The translations under genes were made by a program, and so were the position numbers. Below, piece by piece: positions 48,326 through 61,645 of a stretch of 64,000 nucleotides of DNA; positions within the stretch are counted from its first letter, which is position 1; every line of letters begins with the position of its first letter. The notes beneath the pieces were generated by a model. It was given only the letters and a program-made list of their open reading frames with translations, was not told the origin of the DNA and searched no databases. This DNA comes from Phycisphaerales bacterium (lineage in GTDB: Bacteria > Planctomycetota > Phycisphaerae > Phycisphaerales > UBA1924): NCBI GenBank assembly GCA_046350415.1, contig JAXMAL010000001.1, positions 1,476,782 to 1,540,781 on the forward strand, given 5' to 3'.

Positions 48326-49443
48326 TCAGTGTCCGTCAATACGAACTTGCGGCGCGGCACGAAGCTCCTCGCGCAGCGCCGCGATCACGCGCTCCACCGC
48401 GAGCACGGGCGGCACTCGTCCGTCGAGCACGTCCCCTTCCGCTTGGTTCATGGCCGCCCTCGCGCCGGGGAGGTCGAGCAGCAGGCGGTCCAGCCGCTCG
48501 TGCAGGAGGGCGCGGAGCCAATGGCGGTCCTGGGCGCGTCGGCGCGTCTCGGTCTCGCCCGATGCCCGCCGCCGCTCGAATCGCGACTGAACGTCCTCGA
48601 AGACGCGCCACACGCCGTCGCCCGTCAGGGCGCTGCACGTGCGCACGGAGACCGCGGAGTGCGTGTCATCGCCGCGCATGACGCGGGCGGCCGCTGCGTA
48701 TTCCGCCGCCGCCGTTCGAGCTTTCGCGGCGTTCTCACCCTCGGCCTTGTTCACCACGATGATGTCGACACGCTCGAGCAGCCCGCGCTTGATGCCCTGC
48801 AGTTCATCGCCCGCGCCCGGGATCGCCAGCGCCACGACGACGTCGCTCATGTCCGCGATCGCGGCCTCGCTCTGCCCGACGCCCACGGTTTCGATCAGAA
48901 CGACATCGAACCCCGCGGCCTCGCACACGAGCATCGCCTCGCGCGTCTTGCGCGCGATGCCGCCGAGCGTGCCGCCGCTGGGGGAGGGGCGGATGAACGC
49001 ACGCGGATCGCTCGACAGCCTGCTCATCCGCGTGCGATCGCCCAGGATCGAGCCGCCCGACACGCGGCTGGAGGGATCGATCGCCAGCACCGCGACGCGA
49101 TGACCGCGCTCGATGAGCATCGAGCCGAGTTGCTCGATAAACGTTGACTTTCCCGCTCCGGGCATGCCCGTGACGCCGATGCGCATCGCACGGCCCGTGC
49201 CGGGAAGCAGTCGCGTGAGCACCTCCTGGGCGACGGCCTCGTCCGAGGGTTTGGTTGACTCGATCAGCGAGATCGCGCGCCCGAGCACGGCACGATCCGC
49301 CGCGAGCACGCCGCGGGCGTAGTCGTCGACGCTCAGTTCCTGGCGCGCGGGGCGTGCGGATGCCGACGCGCTGGCGCCCTGGCCCGCTCTGGCGACCGAC
49401 ACGCCGAAGCGCGAGGCCTCGCCCTCGCGAGGAGCGGGGTTGC

Positions 49444-49447
<4 letters not shown>
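48326..49447 (-). CDS. meaB: Methylmalonyl-CoA mutase-associated G-protein chaperone MeaB/ArgK
   Basis: P-loop [14 protein letters not shown], then ETVGVGQSE and VVNKAEGEN (NKxD-type). The start overlaps the mutB stop (ATGA at 49444-49447). Confidence 0.9.
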
Positions 49448-51668
<2,221 letters not shown>

Positions 51669-51672
<4 letters not shown>

Positions 51673-53807
51673 AGCGACACTCCTTCCTGCACGAGGAGTT
51701 CGGACAGTGTCCTGACGACATCGCAACGCATATAGATGAAACGGTCTACGCCCGCCTCGCGATAGGCGGGCTCGCTCGCCCCGGGATTGCCCGCGAGGAT
51801 GACGGTGCGCGCGCCCGCGCAGTGGAGCAGCGGCGCCAGCGTCGCGACGCTGGTCGCGTAGAGCGCGTCGCTCGAGCAGATCACCGCGATGCTGGCGTCG
51901 CGGTGGGCAAACTCCGACGCGCTCTGCGCCACATCCGCCCCGCCCGCCACGACGCTCACTTCAAAGCCGCCCGCTTCGAAGAAGCCCTTGGCGTAATTGG
52001 TGCGGGCCAGATGGTCCACGGGTGTGCCGATGCTGACAAGGGCTACGCGCGGGCGTCGCCCGCACGCCGCGGCGTATTCGTCCGCCGCATCGCGAAGGTG
52101 CTCAAACGCCTCGGCGAAGGGATGGAGCGCGACCGCGTGGACACTCGCGGGCGGCCCGCCGTTGCCCAAGATCGCGGTGATCGCGCCGATCGTCGCCCCC
52201 TGCGAAGCGAGATTGAACGCCTGCTGGCTCATCGCTCCGCCGAGCGCTGGCGAGAACCCGTTGGCGTTCGATGTGTGGAGCGGCTTGGCGCGCCGGCGCA
52301 CCGCACGCTCGCATGCTTCACGCCTGATCGCCTCGATATTCACGCTGCATGGTTCGGGGCGATGCTCGCCCACGCACGGGAACTCGCTCACTCCGAGCAG
52401 AGCCTCCTTTCGTGTCGCGATATCGCGCCAGCGCGGCTGCGCGGCCGTGTCGATCTGTCGCGCGACCCAGCCGTCCTCGAGACTCCGGGCCATACCCCCG
52501 CGCGACTCGATCGCCTGCAGGATCACCCACGCACGCTCGCAGATCTCGTCGGTCAATCGCTCGAGGTACCAGCAGCCCCCTGGCACGTCCACGACTCGGT
52601 GCAGGTGGCACTCTTCCTGCAGGATCAGGTGCGTGTTTCGCGCGATGCGTCGCGCCAGCGTGCCGCTGCGCCACCCGGGCTTGCCCACGACCATCGCGGC
52701 GTCGAAGGGCTCGGACCCGATCGCGTCGGCCCCGCCCAGTCCGGCGGCGAACACGCAGACACAGTTTCGGAGGATGTTGACCCACGGATCACGGGCCGCT
52801 AGCACGCGCTTGCTGGGGCGCGCGTGCATCTTCATCCGCTGTCCGTCGAGCCCCACGCCGCAGGCCTGCGCGACCCGCCCCCAGAGGCGTCGGGCCGCGC
52901 GCAGCTTGGCGATCGCCAGGAACTGGTGTGTCCCGACCGCGTAGCTGAAGAGGAGCTGGGACGCCGCCTGGTCGGTGCTCATCCCCGCGCACGTCATGGC
53001 GCGCAGGTACTCCAGCGCCGTCGCCATCGAGAACGCCAGGTCCTGCGTCGCGGTCGCGCCCGCGTGGTGATAGGGCGCCGTGCCCACGCGGATCGCCGTG
53101 ACATCCGAGAAGCGCGCCGAGGTCCATGCCGCCAGGTCCGCGGCACGCGCGAGCCCCTCCGCGATCGGCCAGGGCAGGTGCCCCTCGCGTGCAAGCACGC
53201 CGAGCGGATCAGCATTGAACGCCCCGCGGCACTTCTCAGGCTCAATGTTCGCGGACTCCCACACGGCGCCGAGCTGCGCCGCCGCGGGAATGAAGGCGGC
53301 GCCGGCTTCGAGCGCGACGGAGATCATCCCGAGGTGAACGCCCAGCAGGGCGTCGCGCAGATCATCCGCGCTCGAGATCATCGCGCCGTCGACGCCCGCC
53401 AGCTCGCGTGCAGCCGGATCGTCGGGATCAAGCCCGGCCCGGCCCGCGGCGTCGTAGCGGATGAGAATCGACGTGACGCCGCCGGCGAGGTCCTCAAGGA
53501 TGGCCGCGTTCAACTCGCGCGGGCTGGGTGCGTCGTGCTGCTGGCGGATATCCCAGCCGCGGAGCTGGTGATCGAGCGGGAGCGAGCCGCGCGTGAAGGG
53601 CGATAACCCGCTGAAGCCCGACGGGTCGCCCGCGCGGCGCCAATCGCGCGCGGTGTAAAGCGGCTGTACGTAGAGGCCTTCATAGGTGTGGGTGACGAGC
53701 TTGCGTTCAAAGGGCGCACCGTTCAGGTCTTGCTCGACCAGGGCGCGCCATTGAGCCTCGTCCACGTTCGGGAACGATTCGCAGATGTCGAATGTACGGG
53801 GGAGCAT
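51669..53807 (-). CDS. mutA: Methylmalonyl-CoA mutase small subunit
   Basis: ATG 53807 ([28 protein letters not shown]...). It shows mutase-fold similarity throughout, but the C-terminal domain lacks DxHxxG, as expected for the beta subunit. Confidence 0.85.
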
Positions 53808-53974
53808 CGTGCACCTCGCGGGCGCGGCCGGCACGGCTCGGAAGATCGCGCACCGGCAGAGTTCCGTCGCGCTCAGTTCAGCATAGTCCTCCGTTATCGA
53901 ACAGTCTTTGCTGACTCGCGCAGAATCTCCGATGTCGAGCGCTAGACTGATCGAAATCACACTTTGCCCGGAGG

Positions 53975-55261
53975 ATGCACATGAACATCGTCCGAAACGC
54001 CGAAGAGGCCGTCTCCTTCATCCGCAGCGGGATGAACATCTTCGTGCACGGGAGCGCCGCGACGCCCGCACCGCTCCTGAGCGCGCTGGCCGCCCGCAGC
54101 GACCTGCGCGACGTCCGCCTCTTTCACCTGCACACCGAGGGTTCGGCCGCGATCCTTTCGCGAGAGGTCGCAGGACGGATCACGTCGTACTCGTTTTTCA
54201 CCGGGCCCGACGCTCGCGAAGCGATCCAGGACGGACGCGCCGACTTCATACCCGTGTTCCTGTCGGACGTGCCCGACGTGATCACCTCCGGGCGCATCCG
54301 CATCGATGCCGCGCTCGTGCAGCTCTCGCCGCCCGACAAGCACGGATCGTGCACGCTCGGCACATCCATCGACGCGGCCCGCGCCGCCGTCGACACCGCG
54401 CCCATCGTGATCGCCGAGATCAACGATCGCTTCCCGCGCACGCACGGGAACACGGCCGTCCCGCTCTCCCGCGTCACCTGCGCCTTCCGCTCCAGCCGCG
54501 AACTGCCCGATCACCCGCCGGGCGATCCGACCGAGGTCGAGGCGCGCATCGGGCGCATCGTCGCCGACCTGATCGAGGACGGGAGCACGCTCCAGATGGG
54601 CATCGGCGCGATCCCCGACGCCGTGCTCTCCAGCCTTGGAAACAAGCACGAGCTGGGCGTTCACACCGAGATGTTCTCCGATCGCCTCATCGACCTGGTC
54701 GAGGCTGGCGTCATCACCAACCGCCACAAGGAAGTCCACCCCGGGCGGATCGTCACGTCGTTCTGCTCGGGCTCACGCCGCCTGTATGACTTCGTCGATG
54801 ACAACTGCATCGTCGAGTTCCACGGGTGCGATCGCACCAACGACACCGCGATCATCCGGCGCAACCCCAAGGTCGTCGCGATCAACTCCGCGCTCCAGAT
54901 CGATCTCACCGGGCAGGTGTGCGCCGATTCGATCGGACACCGCATCTACTCCGGCATCGGCGGGCAGATGGACTTCATCCGCGGCGCCGCCCTCAGCCCC
55001 GGAGGCAAGGCGATCATCGCCATTCCCTCCACCGCCTCGGGCGGCAAGCTCTCTCGCATCACGCCCGAACTGCTCCCCGGCGCGGGCGTCGTCACGACCC
55101 GCGGACACGTCCACTGGATCGTCACGGAATACGGTGCCGTGAACCTGTGGGGACTCTCGCTGCGCCAGCGCGGCGAGGCACTCATCAGCATCTCGCACCC
55201 GGATTTCCGCAACGAGCTGATGTCGAAGCTCGCGGGCCTGAGACACTTCACGCTCAAGTAG
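53975..55261 (+). CDS. Acetyl-CoA hydrolase/transferase-family CoA-transferase (4-hydroxybutyrate/succinyl-CoA type)
   Basis: SGMNIFVHGSAATP, LQMGIGAIPDAVL, GVHTEMFSD (catalytic Glu context) and IYSGIGGQMDF are typical family blocks. Confidence 0.85.
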   Translation: MHMNIVRNAEEAVSFIRSGMNIFVHGSAATPAPLLSALAARSDLRDVRLFHLHTEGSAAILSREVAGRITSYSFFTGPDAREAIQDGRADFIPVFLSDVPDVITSGRIRIDAALVQLSPPDKHGSCTLGTSIDAARAAVDTAPIVIAEINDRFPRTHGNTAVPLSRVTCAFRSSRELPDHPPGDPTEVEARIGRIVADLIEDGSTLQMGIGAIPDAVLSSLGNKHELGVHTEMFSDRLIDLVEAGVITNRHKEVHPGRIVTSFCSGSRRLYDFVDDNCIVEFHGCDRTNDTAIIRRNPKVVAINSALQIDLTGQVCADSIGHRIYSGIGGQMDFIRGAALSPGGKAIIAIPSTASGGKLSRITPELLPGAGVVTTRGHVHWIVTEYGAVNLWGLSLRQRGEALISISHPDFRNELMSKLAGLRHFTLK

Positions 55262-55349
55262 GCGGCATCCCAGTCTTTCGGCAGGGGAAGACCTCGACAC
55301 ACCAGGTCGGGCTTGAGTCCAGTTCGGCCGAGACCGACTGAGTCACCGG

Positions 55350-56744
55350 TCACTTCGCCGGTGCGCCCTCACCCGCGGGCTGCTTTGCAGCGCCGTCGCG
55401 GCTCAGCCCGAACTTGCGGATCTTGTTGTACACCGTGACGCGGTCGATGCGCAGGATGTGGGCCGCCTGAGCGATGTTCCAGCCCGTGCGCTCCAGTACG
55501 CCCTGGATGTGCCGGTGCTCGATCTCTTCGAGCGAATCGTCGCACGCCTGTGTCACCACCGCCGCGCGTGGGGCCGAAAGCGGCAGGTCCTCGGGCCTGA
55601 TCTCGGGAGGCCTGCCCACCACCATCGCTCGCTCGATCGCGTTGCACAGCTCGCGCACATTCCCGGGCCAGTGGTGCTCCGACAACCGGCGCATCGCCTC
55701 GACGCTGATCCCCGTGATCTTGCGGTCCATCTGGCGCGAGAATCGCTCGACAAAGTGACGCGCGAGCAGCGGGATGTCGTCGGCCCGCTGACGCAGCGGC
55801 GGCGCCTCGATCGAGAACACGTTGATCCGATAGAACAGGTCCTGGCGGAACTTCCCCGCCCGCACCGCGGCCTCCAGCGATTCGTTCGTCGCGCAGATCA
55901 CGCGGAAATCCACGCGGACCGTGTCCTGCCCGCCCACGCGCGTGAAGCTCTTGTCCTCCAGAACCCGCAGCAGCTCGACCTGCATCCGCTCGGGGATCGA
56001 GCCGATCTCGTCGAGGAACAACGTCCCGCCGTCGGCCATCTCGATCTTGCCGCGCCGGCGTTGCGTCGCGTTCGTGAACGCGCCCTTCTCGTGCCCGAAG
56101 AGCTCGCTCTCGAGTAGAGACTCCGGGATCGCGCCGCAGTTGACAGGGATCATCGGCGCGTAGCGTCGCGGGCTGTTGGCGTGGATCGCGCGGGCGATGA
56201 GCTCCTTGCCCGTACCGCTCTCGCCCGTGATGAGCACCGTCGCGTCGGTCGGCGCGACCTGCCGGATCAGCTCGATGACCTTGCCGATCGCCGGGCTCTC
56301 GCCCACGATCGTGTCCACCGAGACCATCTCGTCGATCAGGCGTTTGAGATTCTGGTTCTCGCTGGCCATGCGCCGTTTCTCGACCGCGCGCTGCAGAAGA
56401 TGGCTCAGCTCCGCGGGATCGATCGGCTTGGTGAGGTAATCGAACGCGCCGTCCTTCAGCGCCCGCACCGCGGTCTCCACCGAGCCGAACGCCGTCACGA
56501 TCACGACCTCCATCGCCGGATCGATCGCGTGCAGCGCCGCTTGGAGCTCGAGCCCGTCCATCCCCGGCATGCGAACGTCGACCACCGCCGCGTCGAACGC
56601 GCGCTGCCCGGCCATCGCCAGCGCCGACTCCGCGCTCGCCGCGGGAACCGCGTCGAAGCCGTCCTTCGCGAGCCAGCGGCTCAGCGAATCACGCAGGGCG
56701 AACTCGTCGTCGACCACCAGAATCGCCGGACGATCGGGCTTCAT
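55350..56744 (-). CDS. Sigma-54-dependent response regulator (NtrC family: REC + AAA+ + Fis-type HTH)
   Basis: [12 protein letters not shown]...DVRMPGMDG is the receiver domain. The AAA+ domain has GESGTGKE, the sigma-54 contact loop GAFTNA and [10 protein letters not shown]-terminal HTH is present. The start overlaps the kinase stop. Confidence 0.92.
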   Translation of the reverse strand: MKPDRPAILVVDDEFALRDSLSRWLAKDGFDAVPAASAESALAMAGQRAFDAAVVDVRMPGMDGLELQAALHAIDPAMEVVIVTAFGSVETAVRALKDGAFDYLTKPIDPAELSHLLQRAVEKRRMASENQNLKRLIDEMVSVDTIVGESPAIGKVIELIRQVAPTDATVLITGESGTGKELIARAIHANSPRRYAPMIPVNCGAIPESLLESELFGHEKGAFTNATQRRRGKIEMADGGTLFLDEIGSIPERMQVELLRVLEDKSFTRVGGQDTVRVDFRVICATNESLEAAVRAGKFRQDLFYRINVFSIEAPPLRQRADDIPLLARHFVERFSRQMDRKITGISVEAMRRLSEHHWPGNVRELCNAIERAMVVGRPPEIRPEDLPLSAPRAAVVTQACDDSLEEIEHRHIQGVLERTGWNIAQAAHILRIDRVTVYNKIRKFGLSRDGAAKQPAGEGAPAK

Positions 56745-58447
56745 GCGTTGTTCTCCTCGCCGGACTCACACTTCCCGGTTGGCGCCTCATGGCGAGAGCC
56801 CGGCACCGCAACATCGCTCACCGCCGAAGCGGTCGGTGACTCCGCACGACTCCGCGGCAGCCACACCGTGAATGTCGTTCCCACGCCGGGCGTTGAGTGC
56901 ACTGTGATCTCGCCGCCGTGCGCGTGCACCACGCCGTACACCACCGCCAGCCCCAACCCCACGCCGCTCGTCTCGCCCTTGGTTGTGACGAACGGCTCGA
57001 AGATGTGCGGCAGCAGTTCGGGCGCGATGCCGACGCCCGTGTCCTGGATGCTGAACTCCACGCGCTCCGCGTCGCCGTGAATCCGAACGCTCAGCACCGC
57101 TTCACGGTCCTTGAGGTCGTGCATCGCCTCGCTCGCGTTCATCAGGAGCGCGAGCACCGCCTGCTGGATCTGCCCCTGGTCCGCGACGATGGTGGGATCG
57201 CCCGAAAGCAGCGTCGTTTCCAGGCGGATCTTGTGCATCTGAAGGTGATGACGCACCAGCATCAGGCTGTTCTGCACGATCTCGTTGATGCTCACCATCT
57301 TCGTGCGAACGCTCTGCCCGCGTGCAAACACCAGCAGGTTCTTGACGATCTCGCTGCAACGCACCGATTCGCGGTCGATCAGGGCCAGGTAGCTGTCGAT
57401 CTGCGCCAGCTCGCCGGGCGCGATTGCCTGCTCGCTCAGCTCGCGGCGTGTCAATCTCGCGTAGGTCAGGATGCCGCCCAGCGGATTGTTCAGCTCGTGC
57501 GCGACCGTCGCAGAGAGCTTGCCCAGAGAGGCCATCGTCTCCACCTGCGTCATTCGCTTCTGCGCCTGGCGAAGCTCCCGCGTCTTCTCCTCGACGCGGC
57601 GCTCGAGCGTCCGCGACCACTCCGCCAGTTCCTCCCGAGCCCCGCGAAGGTCGTTCACCATGCCGTTGAACGCGCCCGCCAGCTGCGCCAGGTCGTGGTG
57701 CCCCGGCACCTCGATCTGCGTCTGCAGGTCCCCGGCCGCGATCCGCTGCGTTCCCTCGTGCAGGCGCTCCACCGGTTCATGGATCAGCCGGCGGATGAAG
57801 AGCGCGACGATCAGACCCGCCGTCATGATGAGCAGGATCGTCGTCGTGCCCAGCTGCGCCCGGGCGCGATCGATCGCCTCGTCGAACGGCGCCATCGTCA
57901 TCTGCACGTCCAGCACGCCCAGCACCGGGCGGTGCGCCGGCGGCGGGTGGCACTCCAGCGACGAGCAACTCGCCTCGTTCATGATCACGCTGAGCGAGCG
58001 CTGCCCCTCGTGCCCATCGCCTATCACGGGCAACTCGACGCTTCGCAGCACCTGCTGCCCGGTCTGGGCGCCGTTGATGTGACACGCCACGCAGTCCGGG
58101 CTCGTGATCGAGATCACGCGCCCGCGCTCCTGCGCGTTGGCCGTGAGCGCGACGCGCCCGTCCTTGGAATACACGCGGATCGCGGTGAAGCCCGCCGACG
58201 AGCCCAGGCTCTCGATCCGCGATTGCACCTCGCTCATGCGGTTGAGCAGCATGCCGTCGTGGGTCGCGTTGCGGATCAGCGAGGTCGAGCGTGCCAGGTC
58301 CGCGCGGATGAAGCGTTTCAATTCCTCGCGCACGCCCCAGTAGCCGATCGCCGCGTGGATCGCCAGCGCCACCGCGATAGTGATCGCCAGCGGCACCAGG
58401 AGTCGCAATTCGAGGGAACGGGCAAGAAGTCCGGGCTTGGCAGACAT
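56741..58447 (-). CDS. Sensor histidine kinase (TM - periplasmic domain with CxxCH - TM - HAMP - HisKA - HATPase)
   Basis: ATG 58447 (MSAKPGLL...). H-box [13 protein letters not shown] boxes NASEAM, DTGVGI, GVGLGL. The HAMP domain follows TM2. The periplasmic segment contains DCVACH (nt 58079-58093) and CSSLECH (nt 57947-57967). Confidence 0.88.
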   Translation of the reverse strand: MSAKPGLLARSLELRLLVPLAITIAVALAIHAAIGYWGVREELKRFIRADLARSTSLIRNATHDGMLLNRMSEVQSRIESLGSSAGFTAIRVYSKDGRVALTANAQERGRVISITSPDCVACHINGAQTGQQVLRSVELPVIGDGHEGQRSLSVIMNEASCSSLECHPPPAHRPVLGVLDVQMTMAPFDEAIDRARAQLGTTTILLIMTAGLIVALFIRRLIHEPVERLHEGTQRIAAGDLQTQIEVPGHHDLAQLAGAFNGMVNDLRGAREELAEWSRTLERRVEEKTRELRQAQKRMTQVETMASLGKLSATVAHELNNPLGGILTYARLTRRELSEQAIAPGELAQIDSYLALIDRESVRCSEIVKNLLVFARGQSVRTKMVSINEIVQNSLMLVRHHLQMHKIRLETTLLSGDPTIVADQGQIQQAVLALLMNASEAMHDLKDREAVLSVRIHGDAERVEFSIQDTGVGIAPELLPHIFEPFVTTKGETSGVGLGLAVVYGVVHAHGGEITVHSTPGVGTTFTVWLPRSRAESPTASAVSDVAVPGSRHEAPTGKCESGEENNA

Positions 58448-58798
58448 GTCGCACCAGCCATAAGGACTCTGACATCCGTATTGTTCGGCCGGCCCATGCG
58501 CCGAGTCCACACCAAGTGTTGAGACTTTCATCAGCCGCGCCGCACGCTCGCAAGGCCTCCGTTCGTACAAACCGCTTGCTGATAGCATCATCAGGCAAAC
58601 AGCCACCGGGCCGTGCGCGACCGTGAGCCTTGCCGCGTCGCGATGTCGTTATCGATTGCGCGCCACCGGCGCCACCTCGCCCGCGCCGTTGCGATCTTGA
58701 GCGCTGAAATCCGCAACAGGGTTGTGGATTTCATCATCACTCCCGCAGCACATCGCGCTCGCCCCCGCGTTTTCGGCCTTGCCCGAGCCTTTTCGGAC

Positions 58799-58814
58799 TG
58801 GCCCCGTGATTGCA
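58799..58814 (+). promoter_or_regulatory. Sigma-54 (-24/-12) promoter TGGCCC-CGTGA-TTGCA
   Basis: It matches TGGCAC-N5-TTGCW in both the GG/GC dinucleotides and the exact spacing. It lies 42 nt upstream of the ATG at 58856 and is divergent from a sigma-54 enhancer-binding-protein operon. Confidence 0.62.
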
Positions 58815-58855
58815 ACAGCGATCACCAGTCACCAGTCCCAAGAGAGGAGCCTCCC

Positions 58856-59254
58856 ATGGCACACCTCGGAACCAACCAGAACAAGATGATCCGCGAGTAC
58901 GTCGCGCCGACGGCCTTGGGGCTTGCCCTTGTCGTGTGCATGCCCTTGCTCGGGATCGCCGCCGTCATGATGCGCGGCACGCTGATCGCCGCCTTCGCCG
59001 TCTGCGTCGGGATCGGCGTGACGGTCGCCGCGTGGCACATGATCGAGCCCACCCTCAGCCCGCGCTGGCGCCACGCGATCCGCGAACTGGCCCTGGGCGT
59101 GGCGCTGATTGTCAGCCTTCCTCTGCTCGCGGTCGTTCTCTTCGTCATGCAGGGCACCGTGTCCGCCCTGCTCGTCGTCGCCGCCGTCGCGCTCACGCTG
59201 ATCGGCCTCTGGCGCATTTTCGCCGCGGGCGGCCATGTTCTTCGCACCCGCTAG
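58856..59254 (+). CDS. Small 4-TM membrane protein with an internal duplication
   Basis: ATG 58856 with AGAGAGGAG upstream. The two halves align: ALGLALVVCMPLLGIAAVMMRGTLIAAF...AAWHMI versus ALGVALIVSLPLLAVVLFVMQGTVSALL...GLWRIF. Confidence 0.6.
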   Translation: MAHLGTNQNKMIREYVAPTALGLALVVCMPLLGIAAVMMRGTLIAAFAVCVGIGVTVAAWHMIEPTLSPRWRHAIRELALGVALIVSLPLLAVVLFVMQGTVSALLVVAAVALTLIGLWRIFAAGGHVLRTR

Positions 59255-59309
59255 TCACGTTCTCCTCGATTGACCTCGGCGGCTTGATCCAACGCTCGGG
59301 AGATCTCCG

Positions 59310-60281
59310 ATGAACGCTCGCACTTCCAGTCAAAGCACCCCGAAGAGCGGAAGTGGCGTTCAGGCCCCGACCGACACGAGCCGCCGCGGATTTCTCAAAG
59401 CCGGCGCCGTGCTCACGGCGCTGACGGTCGGTGGAAAAGCCCTGGCCAATGGCGGCGCGGACGGCGCCTCCAAGCTGAGCCCGGGCCGCATGGGGGTGCT
59501 GGTTGACCTGACCCGCTGCGTCGGCTGTCGACGCTGCGAGTGGGCGTGCAACGACGCCAACGCCAACCCGCACGGCACGCTCGAAGAGTGCGACGACCAG
59601 TCTGTGTTCGCGACTCTTCGCCGCCCGCGCACCGACCAGTTCTGCGTCGTCAACGCGACGCGGAACCCCAAGGCGGACCCGAGCCCCGCGGACCCGCCGA
59701 TTTTTGCCAAGGTCCAGTGCATGCACTGCGAATACCCGCCGTGTGTCTCCGCCTGCCTCGTCGGCGCGATGGAAAAGAGCCCCGAAGGCCCGGTGACCTA
59801 CGACGCCTCCAAGTGCATCGGCTGCCGCTACTGCATGATGGCCTGCCCGTTCGAGCGCCTCACCTACGAGTACGACCGGCGCTTCACCCCGCGCGTCCGC
59901 AAGTGCGAGCTCTGCGTCCACCGCACACGCGAAGGCAAGATCCCCGCCTGCGTCGAGATCTGCCCCGTCGAGGCGCTCCAGTACGGCAAACGCGAAGACC
60001 TCCTCCGCATCGCCCATGAGCGCATCGCCGCACACCCCGATCGCTACGTCGATCGCGTCTACGGCGAGACCGAGGCCGGCGGAACCTCTTGGCTCTACCT
60101 CTCCGCTCGTCCCTTCGAGCAGCTGGTTGACGTCGGCCTGCCCAGGCTCCCCGACAAGAGCCCCGCCGAGCGCACCGAGCACATCCAGCACGCGATCTTC
60201 AAGGGCGCCGCCGGCCCGCTGGGCGTCGCCGCCCTTCTGACCACTCTCCACTTCCTCACCCGCAAGGGAGGTCACGCGTGA
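59310..60281 (+). CDS. Tat-exported 4Fe-4S cluster protein (NrfC/HybA/DmsB-like)
   Basis: Twin-arginine leader SRRGFLKAGAVL. Four Cys clusters: CVGCRRCEWAC, CMHCEYPPCVSAC, CIGCRYCMMACP, CELCVHR...CVEICP. Confidence 0.9.
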   Translation: MNARTSSQSTPKSGSGVQAPTDTSRRGFLKAGAVLTALTVGGKALANGGADGASKLSPGRMGVLVDLTRCVGCRRCEWACNDANANPHGTLEECDDQSVFATLRRPRTDQFCVVNATRNPKADPSPADPPIFAKVQCMHCEYPPCVSACLVGAMEKSPEGPVTYDASKCIGCRYCMMACPFERLTYEYDRRFTPRVRKCELCVHRTREGKIPACVEICPVEALQYGKREDLLRIAHERIAAHPDRYVDRVYGETEAGGTSWLYLSARPFEQLVDVGLPRLPDKSPAERTEHIQHAIFKGAAGPLGVAALLTTLHFLTRKGGHA

Positions 60282-61642
60282 GTGCCTCATTCCCCATCCC
60301 GATGCTCGATCGCGCCACGCGCAACCCCGCCGACTCCCGCCGTTACTTCACGCCCGGGATGCTGGTCGTGACCGCGATCGCGGCCGTCGGCGCCGGCGCG
60401 TGGCTCTTCCGCATGCTCTTCGGCCTGGGCGCCGCCACCAACCTCAACAACGCCTACCCCTGGGGTATCTGGATCGGCATCGACGTTGCCACCGGCGTCG
60501 CGCTCGCCGCGGGCGGCTTCACCACCGCCTTCCTCGCCCACATCCTCCACCGCGAGCGCTACCACCCTCTCGTCCGCCCCGCCCTCCTCACCGCGATGCT
60601 CGGTTACACCTTCGTCGCGCTGGGCGTCGCCACCGACCTCGGACGCTTCTGGGCCATGTGGCACGTCATGCTCCCGCCCTTCTGGCAGCCCAACTCCGTC
60701 CTCTTCGAGGTCGCCATCTGTGTCATGTGCTACCTCTCCGTCCTCTACATCGAGTTCCTGCCCGCGGCCTGCGAGCGCTTCATCGGCCGCGTCAACCTCC
60801 CCGGCCGCCTCTCCGCCCTCAACCAGCCCGTCGACCGCGCCCTCCGCCTGGCCGACAAGACCCTCGGCCGCTTCATGACCATCTTCATCATGGCCGGCAT
60901 CATGCTCTCCTGCATGCACCAATCCTCCCTCGGCACGCTGATGGTCATCACCTACGGCAAGCTCGACGCCCTCTGGCACACGCCCGCCCTCCCGCTCCTC
61001 TTCCTCCTCTCCGCCTTCGCCGTCGGCTACCCCATGGTCATCTTCGAGTCCATCATCGCCCACCGCTCCTTCGGCCTCCCCGGCGAGCGCGACCTCCTCG
61101 CCGAACTCGGACGCTTCATCCCCTTCATGCTCGGCCTCTACCTCACCGTCAAGATCGCGGACCTCGCGCTCCGCGGCCAGCTCCCGCGCCTCCTCGTCGG
61201 CGACTACTACACGCAGATGCTCACGCTCGAGATCTGCCTCGGCGTGATCATCCCCATCCTCATCTTCAGCAATCGCCGCCTGCGTGCCCGGTCCCGCTGG
61301 CAGTTCATCGGCGCCGCCCTCGTCGTGCTCGGCGTCGCCTTCAACCGCCTCAACGTCTTCCTCTTCGCCTACTCGCCGCTCGAGCGCGGCGCGATGTACC
61401 GCCCCTCCGGCGTTGAAATCGCCGTCACCCTCGGCGCGATCGCTCTCACAGTCATGATCTACCGCTTCATCGCCCTCAACCTCCCGGTGATCGAGCAGCT
61501 CGAGCACGATCCCGCGCCGCACACCCACGACGAACGCGGCTTCCCCATCATCACGCCCATCGCCGCGAACCTCCACAGCCGTCCCATCACTCCCACCGTC
61601 CCCGCCGCGCCGAAGCACAACCCGGTCGGCGTCAAGGAGTGA
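60278..61642 (+). CDS. NrfD/PsrC/HybB-family integral membrane quinone-interacting subunit
   Basis: 454 aa, about 10 TM. N-terminal WGIWIGIDVATGVALAAGGF is typical of the NrfD family. The start overlaps the stop of the FeS gene. Confidence 0.86.
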   Translation: MSASFPIPMLDRATRNPADSRRYFTPGMLVVTAIAAVGAGAWLFRMLFGLGAATNLNNAYPWGIWIGIDVATGVALAAGGFTTAFLAHILHRERYHPLVRPALLTAMLGYTFVALGVATDLGRFWAMWHVMLPPFWQPNSVLFEVAICVMCYLSVLYIEFLPAACERFIGRVNLPGRLSALNQPVDRALRLADKTLGRFMTIFIMAGIMLSCMHQSSLGTLMVITYGKLDALWHTPALPLLFLLSAFAVGYPMVIFESIIAHRSFGLPGERDLLAELGRFIPFMLGLYLTVKIADLALRGQLPRLLVGDYYTQMLTLEICLGVIIPILIFSNRRLRARSRWQFIGAALVVLGVAFNRLNVFLFAYSPLERGAMYRPSGVEIAVTLGAIALTVMIYRFIALNLPVIEQLEHDPAPHTHDERGFPIITPIAANLHSRPITPTVPAAPKHNPVGVKE

Positions 61643-61645
61643 GCC

